Shown piece by piece: positions 49,537 through 63,049 of a DNA stretch of 64,000 nucleotides. The stretch covers positions 738,161-802,160 of the forward strand of contig NW_003314340.1 in NCBI RefSeq assembly GCF_000143415.4, written 5' to 3'. The notes under the pieces are model-generated. The model searched no databases. It saw only the letters and a program-made list of their open reading frames with translations, and was not told the origin of the DNA. Positions within the stretch are counted from its first letter, which is position 1; the number at the start of each line of letters is the position of its first letter. A program made the translations under genes and the position numbers. Source of the stretch: Selaginella moellendorffii. Lineage: Eukaryota; Plantae; Lycopodiophyta.

Positions 49537-50770
49537 ATGGCGATGTTTGTGGAGAGGAGCTGGAACGTTAACGCTTTCGGTGCTGGGATTGATCAAAGGC
49601 GTAGTGCTTGTGGAGCCCAAATTGCCTGGCCATCCCCAGATGACCATGGAAGCTGCTGCTCGATTCACAGGATACGGGAATCCAAGATTGTCGCTTGCCT
49701 CAGGGCTCACAGGTAGATATGTGCATTTGTCCCGATCATCTTTTCCCCTTTTTCTTTGGAAGCTCTCCTTTCCTGAAGTATGAAAACAAAACTTTGCAGC
49801 TCAAAGCTGGCACTAGATGCTGCTCGCGCTGCATTGGATGGAGGATTGGACGTGGTGAGTCCGATCAAAGCTTCTCTCTTTGAGTGATAGAACTTTCTTT
49901 GTTTTGCTCCTTTACAGCTCGAAGTAACTATGACTACTCCAGGAGCTAGCAAGGTGCTCTCTTTTCCCCAAAATTCATGTACAAACTCTAGAGCTTTCTT
50001 CTTACTGTAGGTGATCGCCACGCTGGTTCACGAGTATCCATCAGCACTTATAGGAGTAAGTCAAGTCTACTGGAAAAAAAAAAGTTAAAACTCTTTGTCT
50101 TTCAGGCTGGGACTGTTTTATCTCTCGATCAAGCTGAGGAGGCCAAGGCTAGCGGAGCAACGTTTCTCCTAAGTCCCATCACCGTGAAGGTGCTACTTTT
50201 ATGTTTTGGCTACAAGAATCAATCACTTTCAACTTAGAAACTCCAAACATAAAATCGCTCAGGAGCTCGTGGAAATCCACTCGGTCGGGCCTGTGTTGTT
50301 CGTCCCAGGAGCAATGACACCAACAGAAGTACGTTCTTCGATTTTTTTCTTTGAAAAACTGGATTTTTCTTTCATTTTTAACCAGGTGTATACTGCTCAT
50401 AGCTATGGAGCACACATTGTCAAGGTTCGTGTCGCAAAGAACTATTTGGTATAAACTTTTTCTTGTTTAGATTTATCCCACAGACCTCGCTGGTGGTGCC
50501 AAGTACGTGAGATCGCTGCGAAAGTTGCTAGCTCACATTCCTATGATCGCTTCTCAAGGAATCACACTTGGTAAGTAAAACTTTTCTCGTGAGATTCTTA
50601 CTTTTCTATCATTTGTAGAGATGATCCGGCCTTACTTGGATGCCGGAGCCTCGGCAGTGGTTCTCTCGGACGCAATCTTCGACTCAAGCTCACTGTCAAG
50701 CTCTTGTTTCGCGAAAATCACGCAGCAAGCCTCGGCAGCGGTGAAAGAAGCTGGAAAGAATGCGCGGTGA
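49537..50770 (+). CDS. KHG/KDPG aldolase (Entner-Doudoroff aldolase-like), multi-exon
   Basis: IVACLRA, LEVTMTTPGA, AGTVLS..AKASGATFLLSP, PGAMTPTE, VKIYP..GGAKYVRSL and MIASQGI motifs. Confidence 0.85.
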
Positions 50771-51118
50771 AAGATCTCGCGCAAAGAATCCTTGTCGGGA
50801 AAAAAATTCCATCAAAGAGCGAGCGCTTGCGAGAAGAACGTATCGCGAACTTCTGGAAAGAATTTCCGAGAAGCATCGAGCGCGCTTTCCATTCACAAGC
50901 AAACAAAGGCAAAAGGATGAAGAAAAGAAGGATAAAATAGAAAGTCTAGCCTAGCGGGTTTAAAGCCTTGGCTAGGGTTCTTCGAATTGACGATTCACTG
51001 AATGGTTCTTCCTCGTGAATGAATCCCTCCGGCGCCGGGATGTGTGGCGCTCCTCCATGTAAGAATCATCCTCCGCGGCGGCATTCCAATTGCGAGATTT
51101 CTCTCCTCGATCGCCGCC

Positions 51119-52330
51119 ATGGGCTACAGGAGCTGCCTATCGCTGCCGGTGGCGGTGGTGTTGATGCTGGTGGGATTTGTCTACTACACGGTGGTATTTC
51201 TAGTCCTAGATCCGTGGCTTGATCTGGCCACCGCGAATGGCCTCGCCAATGCCCTCGCCTTCACTGCTACCACTCTCATGGCGCTGGTTTCTTACGCTCT
51301 AGCGATTCTCAGGGATCCAGGGGAGATTCCTTCTTCATATTTGCCCGACGTGGAGGACTCCCAGCAAGCTCCTCTCCAAGAAGTGAAGCGCAAGGTAGAA
51401 TTTTTCTTTGTTCTTTGTTTCGCTAGTTACAATGCTAGCTCGCAGGGGGGAGATTTGCGCTACTGTCAAAAATGCAGAGTCTACAAGCCACCGCGAGCCC
51501 ACCATTGCCGAGTTTGCAAGCGTTGTGTTCTCCGGATGGTAAGTTTCTTTCCATCGTTTCCTTTCCTGGTTGTGATCGAGCTTCGATGTTCCAGGATCAC
51601 CATTGTTTGTGGATCAACAACTGCGTCGGTCACAACAATTACAAGTCCTTTTTCCTGTTCGTCCTCTACATCACCTCAGCATGCATCTACTCTCTGGTAT
51701 TCTCGCGTTTGATCTGTTTTCGTTCGAGTTTTCACGTTGTGGAAGGTTTAGGTGGTGCTTGGCTTTCACGCGGTTGACGAGTTTGAGAGAGCTCTAGAGG
51801 TCGTGGCAGTGGAGGATGACGCAGCGATCGTCCAGCCGGTCAAGGCATCTGTGGCTACTGCCTCTCTTCTAAAGGTGTGATTTTAGTTTCCACAGTGTTT
51901 GGTTTTCTCTCTAAACCATGTCTTTGTCCACAGATAATTTGCGGCATCGTTGTTATTCCCCTCTCCGTTGCACTATCGGGTCTCCTGGTCTGGCATATCT
52001 ACCTTTCCTTACATAACAGAACCACAATTGAGGTAAAAGAACTCTCAAGAACCAGTGTTCTCATTTGATTCTTTCATAGTACTACGAAGGGGTACGTGCA
52101 AAATGGTTAGCACACACCTCCGGACCTTATAGTCATCCATACGACCTTGGAGCTCTTTCAAACATTTTGGTAGTACGTATTTTCTTCATTCCTCTACTCG
52201 TGTCCAAAAGCAGCTCTACGTCCAGGTTTTGGGCCCCAAAGCGTCGTGCTGGTTTTGCCCGATGGCAGTAGGACACATTGGATCCGGCCTGCATTTCAAG
52301 ACCTCTGGAAATGCCGCGGGGAAGTTATAG
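51119..52330 (+). CDS. DHHC-type protein S-acyltransferase (PAT)
   Basis: DPG, [43 protein letters not shown] and HPYDLG motifs; the last exon ends GKL* at 52330. Confidence 0.93.
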
Positions 52331-53841
52331 GTACCGATTTTACACAGCCCGAGCAGTTTTACGTCCGTTGAGAAGATATGTGCAAGAAGAACGTAGCCAG
52401 CTCCATCGCCCGGGCTCAACTCAAGGATAGTTTCAGTGGCCCGCGCTCCGAGCTCAAGATCGCCGTGGCTCCGACAGGTACGAAGAATGGAAGTCAGCTC
52501 GAGAGCGTCTGGTGCAAAAGGCATACTGGAAACAAGATCGTGAGCGTCTTCCAAGTGGCCGGCACGACCGAGCATGTCCACGACGCACGTATAGTGGTGC
52601 TTGGAAGGCCGCGTTTTAAAATCCAAGCTCATCGAGACGAAGCAGCGCACTCCATCGTAAACCCTCCCGGCGTGGCCGCAAGCTAGCAGGGCCAGCACAA
52701 AGCACGTCTCGTCAGGTGTAGACGTGGTTTTGATCGAGTGGAACGTCTCTATAGCTCGGTGGAAGTAGCCGCTGTGAGCAAGGCCAGCGAGCATCACGCT
52801 CCAGGCAACCAGGTCTCGCTGCTCCATCCGCTCCAGGATCTTGGTGGCCCGATCGACGAAACCATTCTGGAAGTTCGCAGCCAGGAGAACAGTCCAGGAT
52901 ATCAAATCTCTCGCAGGCATTGCTCCAAAGAGGCGCAGTATCTCGCGAAAATTCTCAAAGTTGGCGGAGCCTGAGAGGATCGAGTTCCAGGCCTTCAAGT
53001 CGTGCTCCGGCATTGCCGAGAAGATTTGCTTGGCCTCTTCTAAATGCCCGTGCTGCGCGAACGAGGAAAGAATAGTGTTCCAGGAAACTATATTTCTCTC
53101 TGGCATGACTTCGAAGACTTGCCTTGCTTCTTCCAGAGAGCTTCCATTCAATATAACATTCCATGACACCAAATCCACGACTGGCATTGATTTGAAAAGA
53201 CTCTTCGCTTCCAAAGAATGGAAACGTTGGGTGTGAGCAGCGAGCATCACATTCCAGGAGACCAAGTTCCATTCGGGCATTCTCTCGAACAATCTCTTAG
53301 CTTTAAGAATATGCCCGCTTTGGGCATATGCTGATAACATAGCAGTCGTGGAAACCACGTCGGAGGTGGGCATTCTGTGAAACAAGAGCTCTGCCTCGTT
53401 GATTCTCCCCTCTTGCGAATACGCCGTCAGAACAACCGTCGATGTAACCACGCTCCATTCCGGCATGGAATTGTGAAGGGCGATAGCCTTGGCAGCATGC
53501 CCGTGACGGGCATATGCCGAAAGAATGGCATTCCAAGTTACCACGTTCCGGGCCGGAATCCTGTCAAAGAGTGACTCTGCTTTTCCCAGCTCGGCATTTC
53601 ACTCGAAGCAAGACAGAATGCAGTTCCACGTCTCGAGATTCCGGCAGGGTATCTCCTGGAAAAACTTCTCTGCCTCTTCCAGATGCCCGGTTTGGGCATA
53701 TGCCGAAAGCATCGCGTTCCAGGACACAGCGTCTCGTTCGGGCATGGTGTCGAACAGCCACTTTGCGCGCGTGACGTTTCCATTCTTTGCGTGAGAGACG
53801 AGCTGTGAAGTCCGGGAGAAGAGAGTGTCAGTGGTGAGCAT
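52216..53841 (-). CDS. PLS-class pentatricopeptide repeat protein with an apparent frameshift near 53545-53600 (possible pseudogene)
   Basis: Repeated MPE(R/W)(D/N)xVSWN motifs and an HYTCVVDMLGRAG..MPF E-domain; the 5' repeats (53599-53841) are not contiguous with the 442 aa ORF. Confidence 0.8.
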
Positions 53842-56003
53842 TAGTTTCCCATACCTTCTTGCTTTCGATTGTGTGCTGAAATTCTTTCTTTCAGGTGTTC
53901 AGGATGATAGCAGCTTTTAGAAACCCAAGGTTCATATTCATTTGCGATTGGACGATCCCATCAGCCTTGCGATACGTCTGGAATCAGCAATTTTAACCAG
54001 CAATAAAACGAAGTTTTGGGAATAAGAAAGATTGTGCGCAAAAAGATATACATTTCCTACATCCATTTCTCGATCCTATTCCTGTCAAGATCGACAGAGA
54101 CCTCCTAAGCATCAGGCGGAAAAAGGACATCCCTGCTGCGTCTCGACTTTGTCTCTCCGCAAAGGCGCTTCGTTTACGCAAAGTTGATCTCATAAAGATG
54201 CCCAACATACTTTCTGTAAGCACGCCACATCGCTGTCTCTGGTGGCTTTTTTATATCGTAATCCTCTGGCCGCATATGCAAACAGCGATTTTACATGCCG
54301 TTCCAATCGATCAGATGGAATCTCTATCACATACCACATGCTTTAGCTTTTAATGGTCTGCCCGATTAAAGACGTGATCCGTTCCTTGCAGAAACCATTC
54401 CGCAAAAACCTTGGCGACTCACACAATCAGCACAAACTCGGTACGGAAAAAGAAATTACACGACACTTACCTCTCATCTTCTGTACCAAGCCGGCCATCT
54501 TCAAAGAAGAGGACAAGCTTTTCAGACACTAAATACCAGAGACTACAACTTACACGTCAAGTTGTGGTCGTAATAGATGCGGAGGTCGTAGAGCGCCCGA
54601 GCCAGATGCAAGCGTGTTGCATGCAAGTCCAGATGGCATGGTAGTGCGGCAGGATGGACAGGGGCGGCCTCTGCGCGACGAGTGATCGCAGCAGCTTGTT
54701 GTTTTGGATCCCTTCAAGCAGCACTACCAGGTCCTTGACCCGCAAAGGTGCAGACTCTTTTTCATCGGAAAACGTACGCAGGCGAGGCGGGTCGACCGGG
54801 TGTAGTGCAAGCTGCGAGTAAGCCCGTCTTACTCTATCTTGACTACCAACTTTGCCCGACAGCATGTTCCATCCCTGTGGAAGAGACTTATAAGATTTCA
54901 ACAAAGAAAACACGGCAAGAAGCTGACCAGCGTGTCCACTGGGAGAATTAAGAAAAAGTCGGCTTTCAGAAGTCTGGAGATTAAGCCAAGTAGCCTCGGC
55001 ACTGGTGCGATGCAGGCGCTCCCCATCGTCATCTGGGCAGACAAGGAGAAAGAGAATGCTTTGCGCCAGGAGATTGGCATTGGCTGTGCCTGGCTGCGCC
55101 CTGCAAGCAGTGGTCGATGAGAATAGTTAAGCAAAGCAATGCTCTTACATCTGAATTCTGTCTTCCGTGGTGGAAGACAATAATCCATAGCGATGTGGCA
55201 ACTCAGAACTCACTAGCAAAGGGAAACAAAAACGAAGGATATAACCTTAAGAAGTGGAAGAACTTTGTATAACAATCGTTGCAAAACTTTCGTTCATGGA
55301 TATGCGCTCGAAGTGCTCACTCACCTCCTCGTCTTGTTCAAGCGACGCAAGGCAAACAATTCCAGCTGATCCAGTCGAGAGCAGCTGCTGGCGAGCAAAA
55401 TCAACCATGCAATCCAGTTGCTCCCGCGCACCATCCCAAACCAGCGTCCCAGCACACGCGCTCCTCTCGGCGTCGGAGAGGCGCGTCATGTGGCACACTG
55501 CCAGCGTCTCGTCCATCTCGGCCGAGTCCCAGCTCCGCCGCAAGTGAGCCATACATGCAGCTTTGTGCACGTCGCCCCCTTTTCATGCAGGTGGGACAAA
55601 CTCGAACACCGCCTGGAGCTTTTCAGCGCTCTTACATTGTGTGAGTGTGCTTCTTGGAGCTCAGCAGCGTCTCTGGAATGAGTTAAATGAAGCAAGACAA
55701 CTTTCAATACCATTGACTTTCATTTACTTGTTGACTTTTTATTGACTTGCACTGACTTTTTCCGCTCGTGAAAGCTTTCGCATCTCTTTTAGACATGGTA
55801 TCAAACTGCCACTTTGCGTGCTCGTCCTGGAGAAAAGAATGTAGGAGTTACCAGCAGCTCCACGAAACAGAGGTGCAGAGCCAAATTCCTGAATTACAAA
55901 TGAAAGAATCGGTATTTACACCGCTGCTCTTATTTAGCCAGAATTGCTTGTGCTTCCCTGGAAAGCCAAATGCAAGTGGAGCTTGATGGATGAGAGAGCA
56001 AAA

Positions 56004-57759
56004 TCACAACATTCGTACCTCTGAAGAATCGGCTACTCTTCCAGACTTGCTCCTCCTGCTTCTGCTAGACGCGACAATGATCGACTCCATATCATCCGGA
56101 ACTATCCACTGCTGCAGAAGTGCCTGTTCTTGCGCTAAAGCTTGCTGATAGCCGGAAACCGAGGTCACGGACCGCCGACTCTGCGTACTGCTCAGTCGTG
56201 ACGGATTATTCCTCATCACCCAGAGCACCACCACGCAAGGTATCACTTCGCCTAAACAACAAACCACAAACCATCAAAGATTACTTCTGAAATGCATCCA
56301 TACCTATGAATGAATACAGAAAGAATACTACGGACGTGTATCGGCTGCGAATTTTAAACACCTGCAAAATAGGCCTGCCATAGCTGATGTCGCACAAAGT
56401 GGAATCAGGACTTACGCCCAAAAGAATGAAAAGAGCACGTATTGAGAAGCACAGCACCGATACGACTGCCAACCCTGCTACCTGAGAGCAAATAAACTTG
56501 AGAGTTTCCCCTCATATTTCCAGAAAACGAAAAAGATTCAAACCTTTTGTAACTCTGCTGATGTCTTTCCAACACGCAGCCTGCTCATCCTTGTATATAA
56601 TGCAAGTCCTGGAAACGCCTTGATTAGAACATACGGTTCCCGAAAGGAACCCTCATACCATATCCTGCCAGGCCCCCACCGGACAAAAAAATAACAATGG
56701 CAAGCATATCCGAGTAGATCTGCAAGCAACTATCATGTCAACGCAGCATGGATCGATAATTATTTGTCACCTCGGCAACAGTCCCAGAGTCTATGAAGTT
56801 GTCCCCCATCCCGATCCATATCAGAATTGCACAGACTAAGGTGATCATGAATATCAGCATCACAACCTTGAAAAATAATTCAAGTTAGCACCAAATACCC
56901 AAGCAACTTGGAAACTCACCGCTATCACAAACTTCTGACGGCCATGAATTCTGGATCTCCACCAATGACAACAGCGGCGATGCTTGTCCGTGTGCACTGG
57001 GACTTTGGGATCCTTGCCGACTGCACCCTGTGCTTGAGCTCCATCAGTTTCTTCCTCGTCATCCTCCTCCTCTTCCTTATCTGTGGCTTGATGACAAAGA
57101 TCCACCCTGATAGAGGATAAGTTTCTCGATACACTAGACAAAGGAAGCGTACCAGAACGATAACAACAGCAAGAAGGTAGCAAGAAACAGTATCTGAGGA
57201 ACAGCTGCATCAATAAAGAAACACTCGTTGTCAGTAAAACGACCCAAGCGCACCCATTAAAGACGTACCCATGGCTATAAATCCACACGCATGCTTCCAG
57301 CAATACCATCCTTGGCAGGGTGCAATCACGTTTAGCACGAAATATAGACAATATCCTGTCCAAAACCTGTGTAACGTAAGGATTTTACACTAGCTAACAA
57401 GCGTACCAAGACTCGCCACGCCAATCAAACAATGAAAAACCTGGAAGGGAAAAACAGCAATCGAGAGAAGAATAGAGAAAAAAACAGGCATACCTTTTGC
57501 CGTGTCCACCGCAATGGCAGAGTATACAAGTACAATCGAAGAAGCTGCGAGAGTTTTGTTTGGTTAAAAAGAGAAAACTGCGGAAGGAAAAATTTTGCCC
57601 TGCCTGTGAAAATGCCGCAATAGCTATCAGCGCATTAATCGCAGCTAGGATCGAATTGGCGATGGTAATCTCCTGATCCAAGCATCTGCTCGCGCTCTGG
57701 AACCCAATCCATGCGCTATACATCATGCACCGCCAATGCTCAGCCCGATCCAGGCCCAA
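56004..57759 (-). CDS. THH1/TOM1/TOM3-like (DUF1084) multi-pass membrane protein, multi-exon
   Basis: INALIAIAAFSQL.RL, WTRQKVFH, WVDLCHQ, KVAGLAVVSVLCFSIRA and GEVIPCVVVLWVMR motifs. The true start is probably the ATG at ~57726. Confidence 0.8.
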
Positions 57760-58308
57760 ATCTGGACCAAAGCATTTTCTTGCTGGCGGCCCTGCTGCCT
57801 AACATCCAGTCCCTCCCCGCCCCTGCTCCGATCGATCGCGCATTTCCCCCTCTTCACACAAAATATCCAAACCCTAATCCTATAAACCCTAGACAAAATG
57901 TTTTAATATAAAAATAATATCTAATATAGTTAATAGATTGTTAACGATATTTAAAAATAGAAAGACCAAAGGAAACTATTGAGAAATTAGTATTAAGTGA
58001 AAAATACTTCTCTCATACCCATTTTGTTGTTGATTTTGTAAAATTAAAAAATATTTTATTAGTCATAATTTATATACCAAATAATTTATGTTATTTAATT
58101 TAAAAGAATTGTGGAAGATTGATACGATGGTTATTGGTTATGTAAAATAAAATAATTTATATTTCTGAAATTTCATCACTATTTACATGCATTTATGAAT
58201 CTCATCCAAAATTTTAGCCAAAATAAATTTAAAATAGAGCTTTATAAAAAACATTATTAGATAAATTAATTATAAATTGACTTAGCTGACTTAAATTGTT
58301 TACACTAT

Positions 58309-58310
<2 letters not shown>

Positions 58311-58356
<46 letters not shown>
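58311..58356. repeat. (TA)n microsatellite
   Basis: Directly visible. Confidence 0.95.
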
Positions 58357-58362
<6 letters not shown>

Positions 58363-58418
58363 TAAATTTAAACTTTTTTTTGCAGTATTATTTGATATGG
58401 AAATCAAAAAATTGTTGA

Positions 58419-60510
58419 TGTAAGGTTTGTAAATACATGTATGTATATATATATATATATTACCCTAGCTAAGTAATACACTAATTATAGTACTATATTA
58501 TTGAGACTGAATATAGTCTATCCATTCTTGTATATAAGCAGGGCCTAAACCCCAATTAATATACTTATTCCTATATCCTGAGCAATCACATTGGTGGAGT
58601 TGACAGGCAGTATAATTTATCCCTAAAGAGCAAAGTTTTTTAGCAGTGTTTTGCTTTAGTGTTTAGTATTGTGTTTTTTTTTTCTTATTTCGTCATTCTT
58701 TTTTAGATCTAAATTTGTATTAGCTTTTTGCAAGATCTAGAATTTTTAACTATTATTGTGTTTAAATTTGCTCTTTTTCTTAATCTTCATTGCATTCTCT
58801 TCTACCATGTCATGCCATTATATATTACTTGAGGCTGTTAATGCTGCTCTATTGGATTGAACTTTTGGTGCTGTGGGATGTGATTATATTGGTGTTGTGC
58901 CCATTTTTGGTGTGTTGCCATCTCCAGCTTTTGTGAGACGTGATTACATAGCTTGTCCTACTCTTGGCATTTTGCCATCTTCTGTTGATGTGGAGTATAA
59001 TCGTGATATTAATTAGTAAGCTATAGATGATGTAGTCTAATTCTTGGAGAATGTTCAAAGATCAAGTTTATAGGAAGACAATGTGTACAAGTTTGAGTGG
59101 ATTCCAGAGTGTGATGATAAACTTGATTATTATAGAGATAGCTTTGAAGATGAAGTGGAAATTTCACGGGATAGATGTCAATATTTCAATCTACCATTTG
59201 ATTCTTTCTCTTTCCCTTCTGTTCTTTCCCAACTTTTTCTTATTTCTCAGCTTGAACTACCTTCTCATATTCCTAATATTTATTCTTCATCTGCAATGTT
59301 TTTTTCTCTTGGTATGTTGATCATTTATGACTCTTATGATTTTCATTCTCAATCCAGTGTTAAATTAATTGTTTTTTGTCCTCTTCATACTAATTTGGAT
59401 GTTAAGTGTATCCATGAAGTTGAGAATCTTACTTTTGTTTTATTGGCAAAGTCTTTAATCAGTTTTGGTATTAAATATTCCCCTGTTCCAAAGGTTAAGT
59501 CACTTTGGCCAAAGTTTCAAATTGAATGCATATTCCCACTTGTGAATGCTATTGAGAGCCTTTGTTTTACTGTTGTTGCCAAAAAATTTATATATTCCTT
59601 TGAGAGTATGGATGTTGTTATTGATTTTCCAATATCAAGTGTTAAATTTTGTGTTAAGAAGGTTGAGTGGTGTGAATCTTTTGTTTATATTGTGGTGGCC
59701 GAAGTATTTTATAATGGGAAATCCTTTATTTTTTAAACTTTAAGTACATGTTCTTTTGATTTCCCTATTTCTACATTGTCAGTTGCTACAAATTCCTCTC
59801 CCAATGCTTTTATATCCACTTTTTCTTCTTCCACAATTATTTTTCCTCAATTTTTCTCTTTTTTTTTTTTTACCCCAACATTTCAAACTTTTTTCTTTTT
59901 CGGAGGAGGGGGTAGAGGGAACGGACTGGAGTCCAGCCCTAACGATAGAGCGAGGATAAAAAAATACGATAGTGGAGTGAGGACAAATAAGATGGATTAT
60001 AGAGTGAGGATGAGCATAACAAGTCCGAACGGAATATTTAGCCCCGACATAATAAGGCTGAATGGATACAATAGTGGAGTGAGGTCGGATATAGATGGCA
60101 AAGTGAGGACAAGTGCAACAAGTCTGAATAAAGTTAGTATTTCAAAACTTTTTTTCCTTCAAGGAGGGAATAAAGAGAATGTGGAGGACAAATGGAGTGA
60201 ATTTGACCTCCTTAATTCAAAGTTATGGTTACATGGTTGGTTTGAGCATTTAAGAGTTACATATGGAGTTGCAACTGGTTCATCGAGGTTTTGTAATCAA
60301 TTAATATTTATACAATGGCTTTGGATTTTATTTCAGTCATGGTTATTAGCAACTTTGTTAATGATTTTATGGGAGTTTTAGATTTTTGAGGTAGTTTATA
60401 ATTGCCCAGCAAAAGCTTCACATGTTCCATCTGATTTATTATCATCACCTTTTAATCTTTCAGATGGCAGGATGGTGTAAGGTTTGTAAATACATACATA
60501 CATACATATG

Positions 60511-60555
<45 letters not shown>

Positions 60556-60744
60556 GTATATATATAGATATATATATATGTATATATGTATGTATATGTA
60601 TATATATGAGTATATATATACAATAATAGTACTATAATATATGGATTGTCCATTTGGGACTGAATCTGGTTTATCCATTCTTGTATATAAGCAGGGGCCT
60701 AAACCCCAATTAATATACCTATTTCTATATCCCGAGCACTCACA
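58419..60744 (+). mobile_element. Small non-autonomous LTR element (TRIM/LARD-like) with (TA)n-containing LTRs
   Basis: Direct repeats at 58419-58590 and 60476-60744 (TGTAAGGTTTGTAAATACA...GAGCA.TCACA); PBS-like TGGTGGAG; PPT-like AGATGGCAGGATGG; decayed internal region. No clear TSD. Confidence 0.7.
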
Positions 60745-61194
60745 TAATGATTTTAACTTAGTAATATGTATTTAAAAATTTATTATGAAGCACTTCAAAT
60801 TATAAATTGTGTTTATTAGATAGCATTGAATAAATAAATTTATTTGTAAAACTCGAGAACTGTTAGAAGTTGACCAGTCACATCCATATGACTTGATTTT
60901 TTGCAAGTTGTGGTCCCCTATCAACTTTGGGATGGTGGAGCCTCAAAGGCTAGACTACTGAAGTCACATTCAGCTAATAAACAAACCAACATCTGAGGAA
61001 GGGTCGTTAAAGTCTGCTCACTGTGAACGCGCATGGTTAGCAGAGACATAGGAGTTCACAGAAGCTTGGCCTGTGAAGGCTTCTAGGGAGAGCTTAATAC
61101 TCTTCTCAACAGTGGACGCTCAGCGAGTTTTGGCTGAATGCTGTTGGAAAGCCATTAACGCAAGTGACATTTACTGCTGCATCGAGTCCCATAG

Positions 61195-62846
61195 TCACCA
61201 CAAATCAAACACCAGCTTCCGGCAAGCACCCAGCACCGTGGTCCACGTAACAACATTCGCTCTAAAAGGCATGGTCTTTACCACATCCACTGCTTCGTCG
61301 ACTTGGCTTGCACGTCCCAATAGATCTGCCATACAGTGGTAGTGCTCAATGTCCGGGCTGACCCCATACTTCGACCGCATCACTTCAAAAAGGAGCTTCG
61401 CCTCATTTACCATACCAGCGTGACTACACGCAGTCAAGATGGAGAGAAACATTATCCCGTCAGGCTGTAGTCCTTTCTCTTGCATTGTGTGGAAGATCTC
61501 AAGAACTTGCTTAGTGTTTCCTTGCCGGCAGTAGCCCACTGCTAGAGCAGTCCATGTCACAACATCCCTTTTCACGGTAGCCTCAAACACAACCTCCGCA
61601 TCCACCATTCTTCCGGACTTCCCATAAAAGTCCACCAGTGAAGCAGCTAGAACCGCATCGTTCTCCAGGCCATGTCTGCAAAGCTCGGCATGAACTCGTC
61701 TTCCAGTCTCCGAAACCATCAACTTCCCACAAGCCTTCAATCCAGCGACAAACGTCAAGTAGTTTGGAGTGCTGTCCCGGGATTGCATCATAAGCGAGAA
61801 GACGCTGAGAGCGGCAGAAAACTCCTGGTTTTGCACATAGCCCAGCATCAAAACGTTCCAGGACACGGCATCACGTCGAGGCATTGTATCGAAGACTCTC
61901 TGAGCGTCCACCATGCTCCCACACGAAGCGTACAAGTCCACAAGCGTGTTGAGAACGAAGATATCCAAGGTGCCACTCCTCAAAACCTTTCTGTGTATAG
62001 CCATGCCTCTTTCCAAAAGAACCAACTTCACGACCTTGCCATCGCCAACTTTTGTTCCTTCCTCTTGAGCAGCAGCAGTGGTGCAGGCTTTCAGCACCGC
62101 AACAAGAGCCCGAGCATCAGTCCCACACCCCTGTGCTAGCAAGCCAGGAAATAGCTTCACGGCAACTTCGGATTCCCCGCTTTCAATGTACCCTAGCATC
62201 AAAGCAGTCCATGAAACTACCCCACGAAACTTCATCCTGTCGAAAACTCTTCGAGCATCTCCCAAGGCCCCGCACTTGGCATAAACGTCAACCAGGCTGC
62301 TTGCCACGAACAGTTCGAGCTCGCACCCGTAATTCACAGCCAGGACATGAAGTGCCATTACTTGCTCCAGAGATCTAGCCTTCATCCATTTGCCGTCGAT
62401 CTTCTTGCCGTCTTCGTTCTCAGCCAGACCGAGACAAGCCTTGAGCGCAGCAACGAAAGTTCTGCCGTTTGGAGTACAGCCCTCGGCCAGCATGGCTGAA
62501 AATAAATCCAAGCCGAGGTCACTCTGTCCATTTCGCACGTAGCCCATCACTAGAGTATTCCAGGACACCACTTCGCGGGCTTGCAGCTTGTCGAAGACAC
62601 TGCGAGCTTCGTTCATGCTCCCACACTTTGCATAGAAGTCGATCAGAGTGTTTGACACGTAAATGTTCGAGATGTTGCCGCTTTCGATTGCCTCTGCATG
62701 AATTTTCCGTCCCTTCTCCAGGTCCTTTGAACGTCTGCACTGCTTCATGGCGTTTATCAGCACCGCTATGTCCTGGTGTTGTTCCTGCTTCGTAAATGTT
62801 TTCCTGGTCCGAAGTGTTTCTGGGGGATTTTGTAAAGCAGCCATTA
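61195..62846 (-). CDS. PLS-class pentatricopeptide repeat protein (E-domain truncated)
   Basis: NTLIDFYAKCGSM..ARSVFD..VVSWN repeats; HYHCMADLLGRA..MPFRANVVTWTTVLGAC. Confidence 0.88.
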
Positions 62847-63049
62847 CTATCTCAGTTTTCCAAAGCTGCAATAAAACAGAACATGAGTAGTTCATGTACA
62901 AAGATTTATGGCACACTTACTTTCCAAGTTAAAAATTCTCAAGGAGCTTTGCAATGCAATCATCCCTCACTGAAATCGTCACCTTGTAGAAATACAGGCG
63001 GGTGAGCTTTGTCGATATCAGCTCAAAGGGTATGCAACACACAGTGCTC

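Noticed and set aside
59083-60381. 217 aa and 201 aa ORFs as host genes
   Set aside because: Low-complexity, AT-rich and internal to a decayed LTR element; no intact domain is recognisable.
60396-60678. Tyr/Ile-rich ORFs
   Set aside because: Translations of the (TA)n microsatellite in an LTR.
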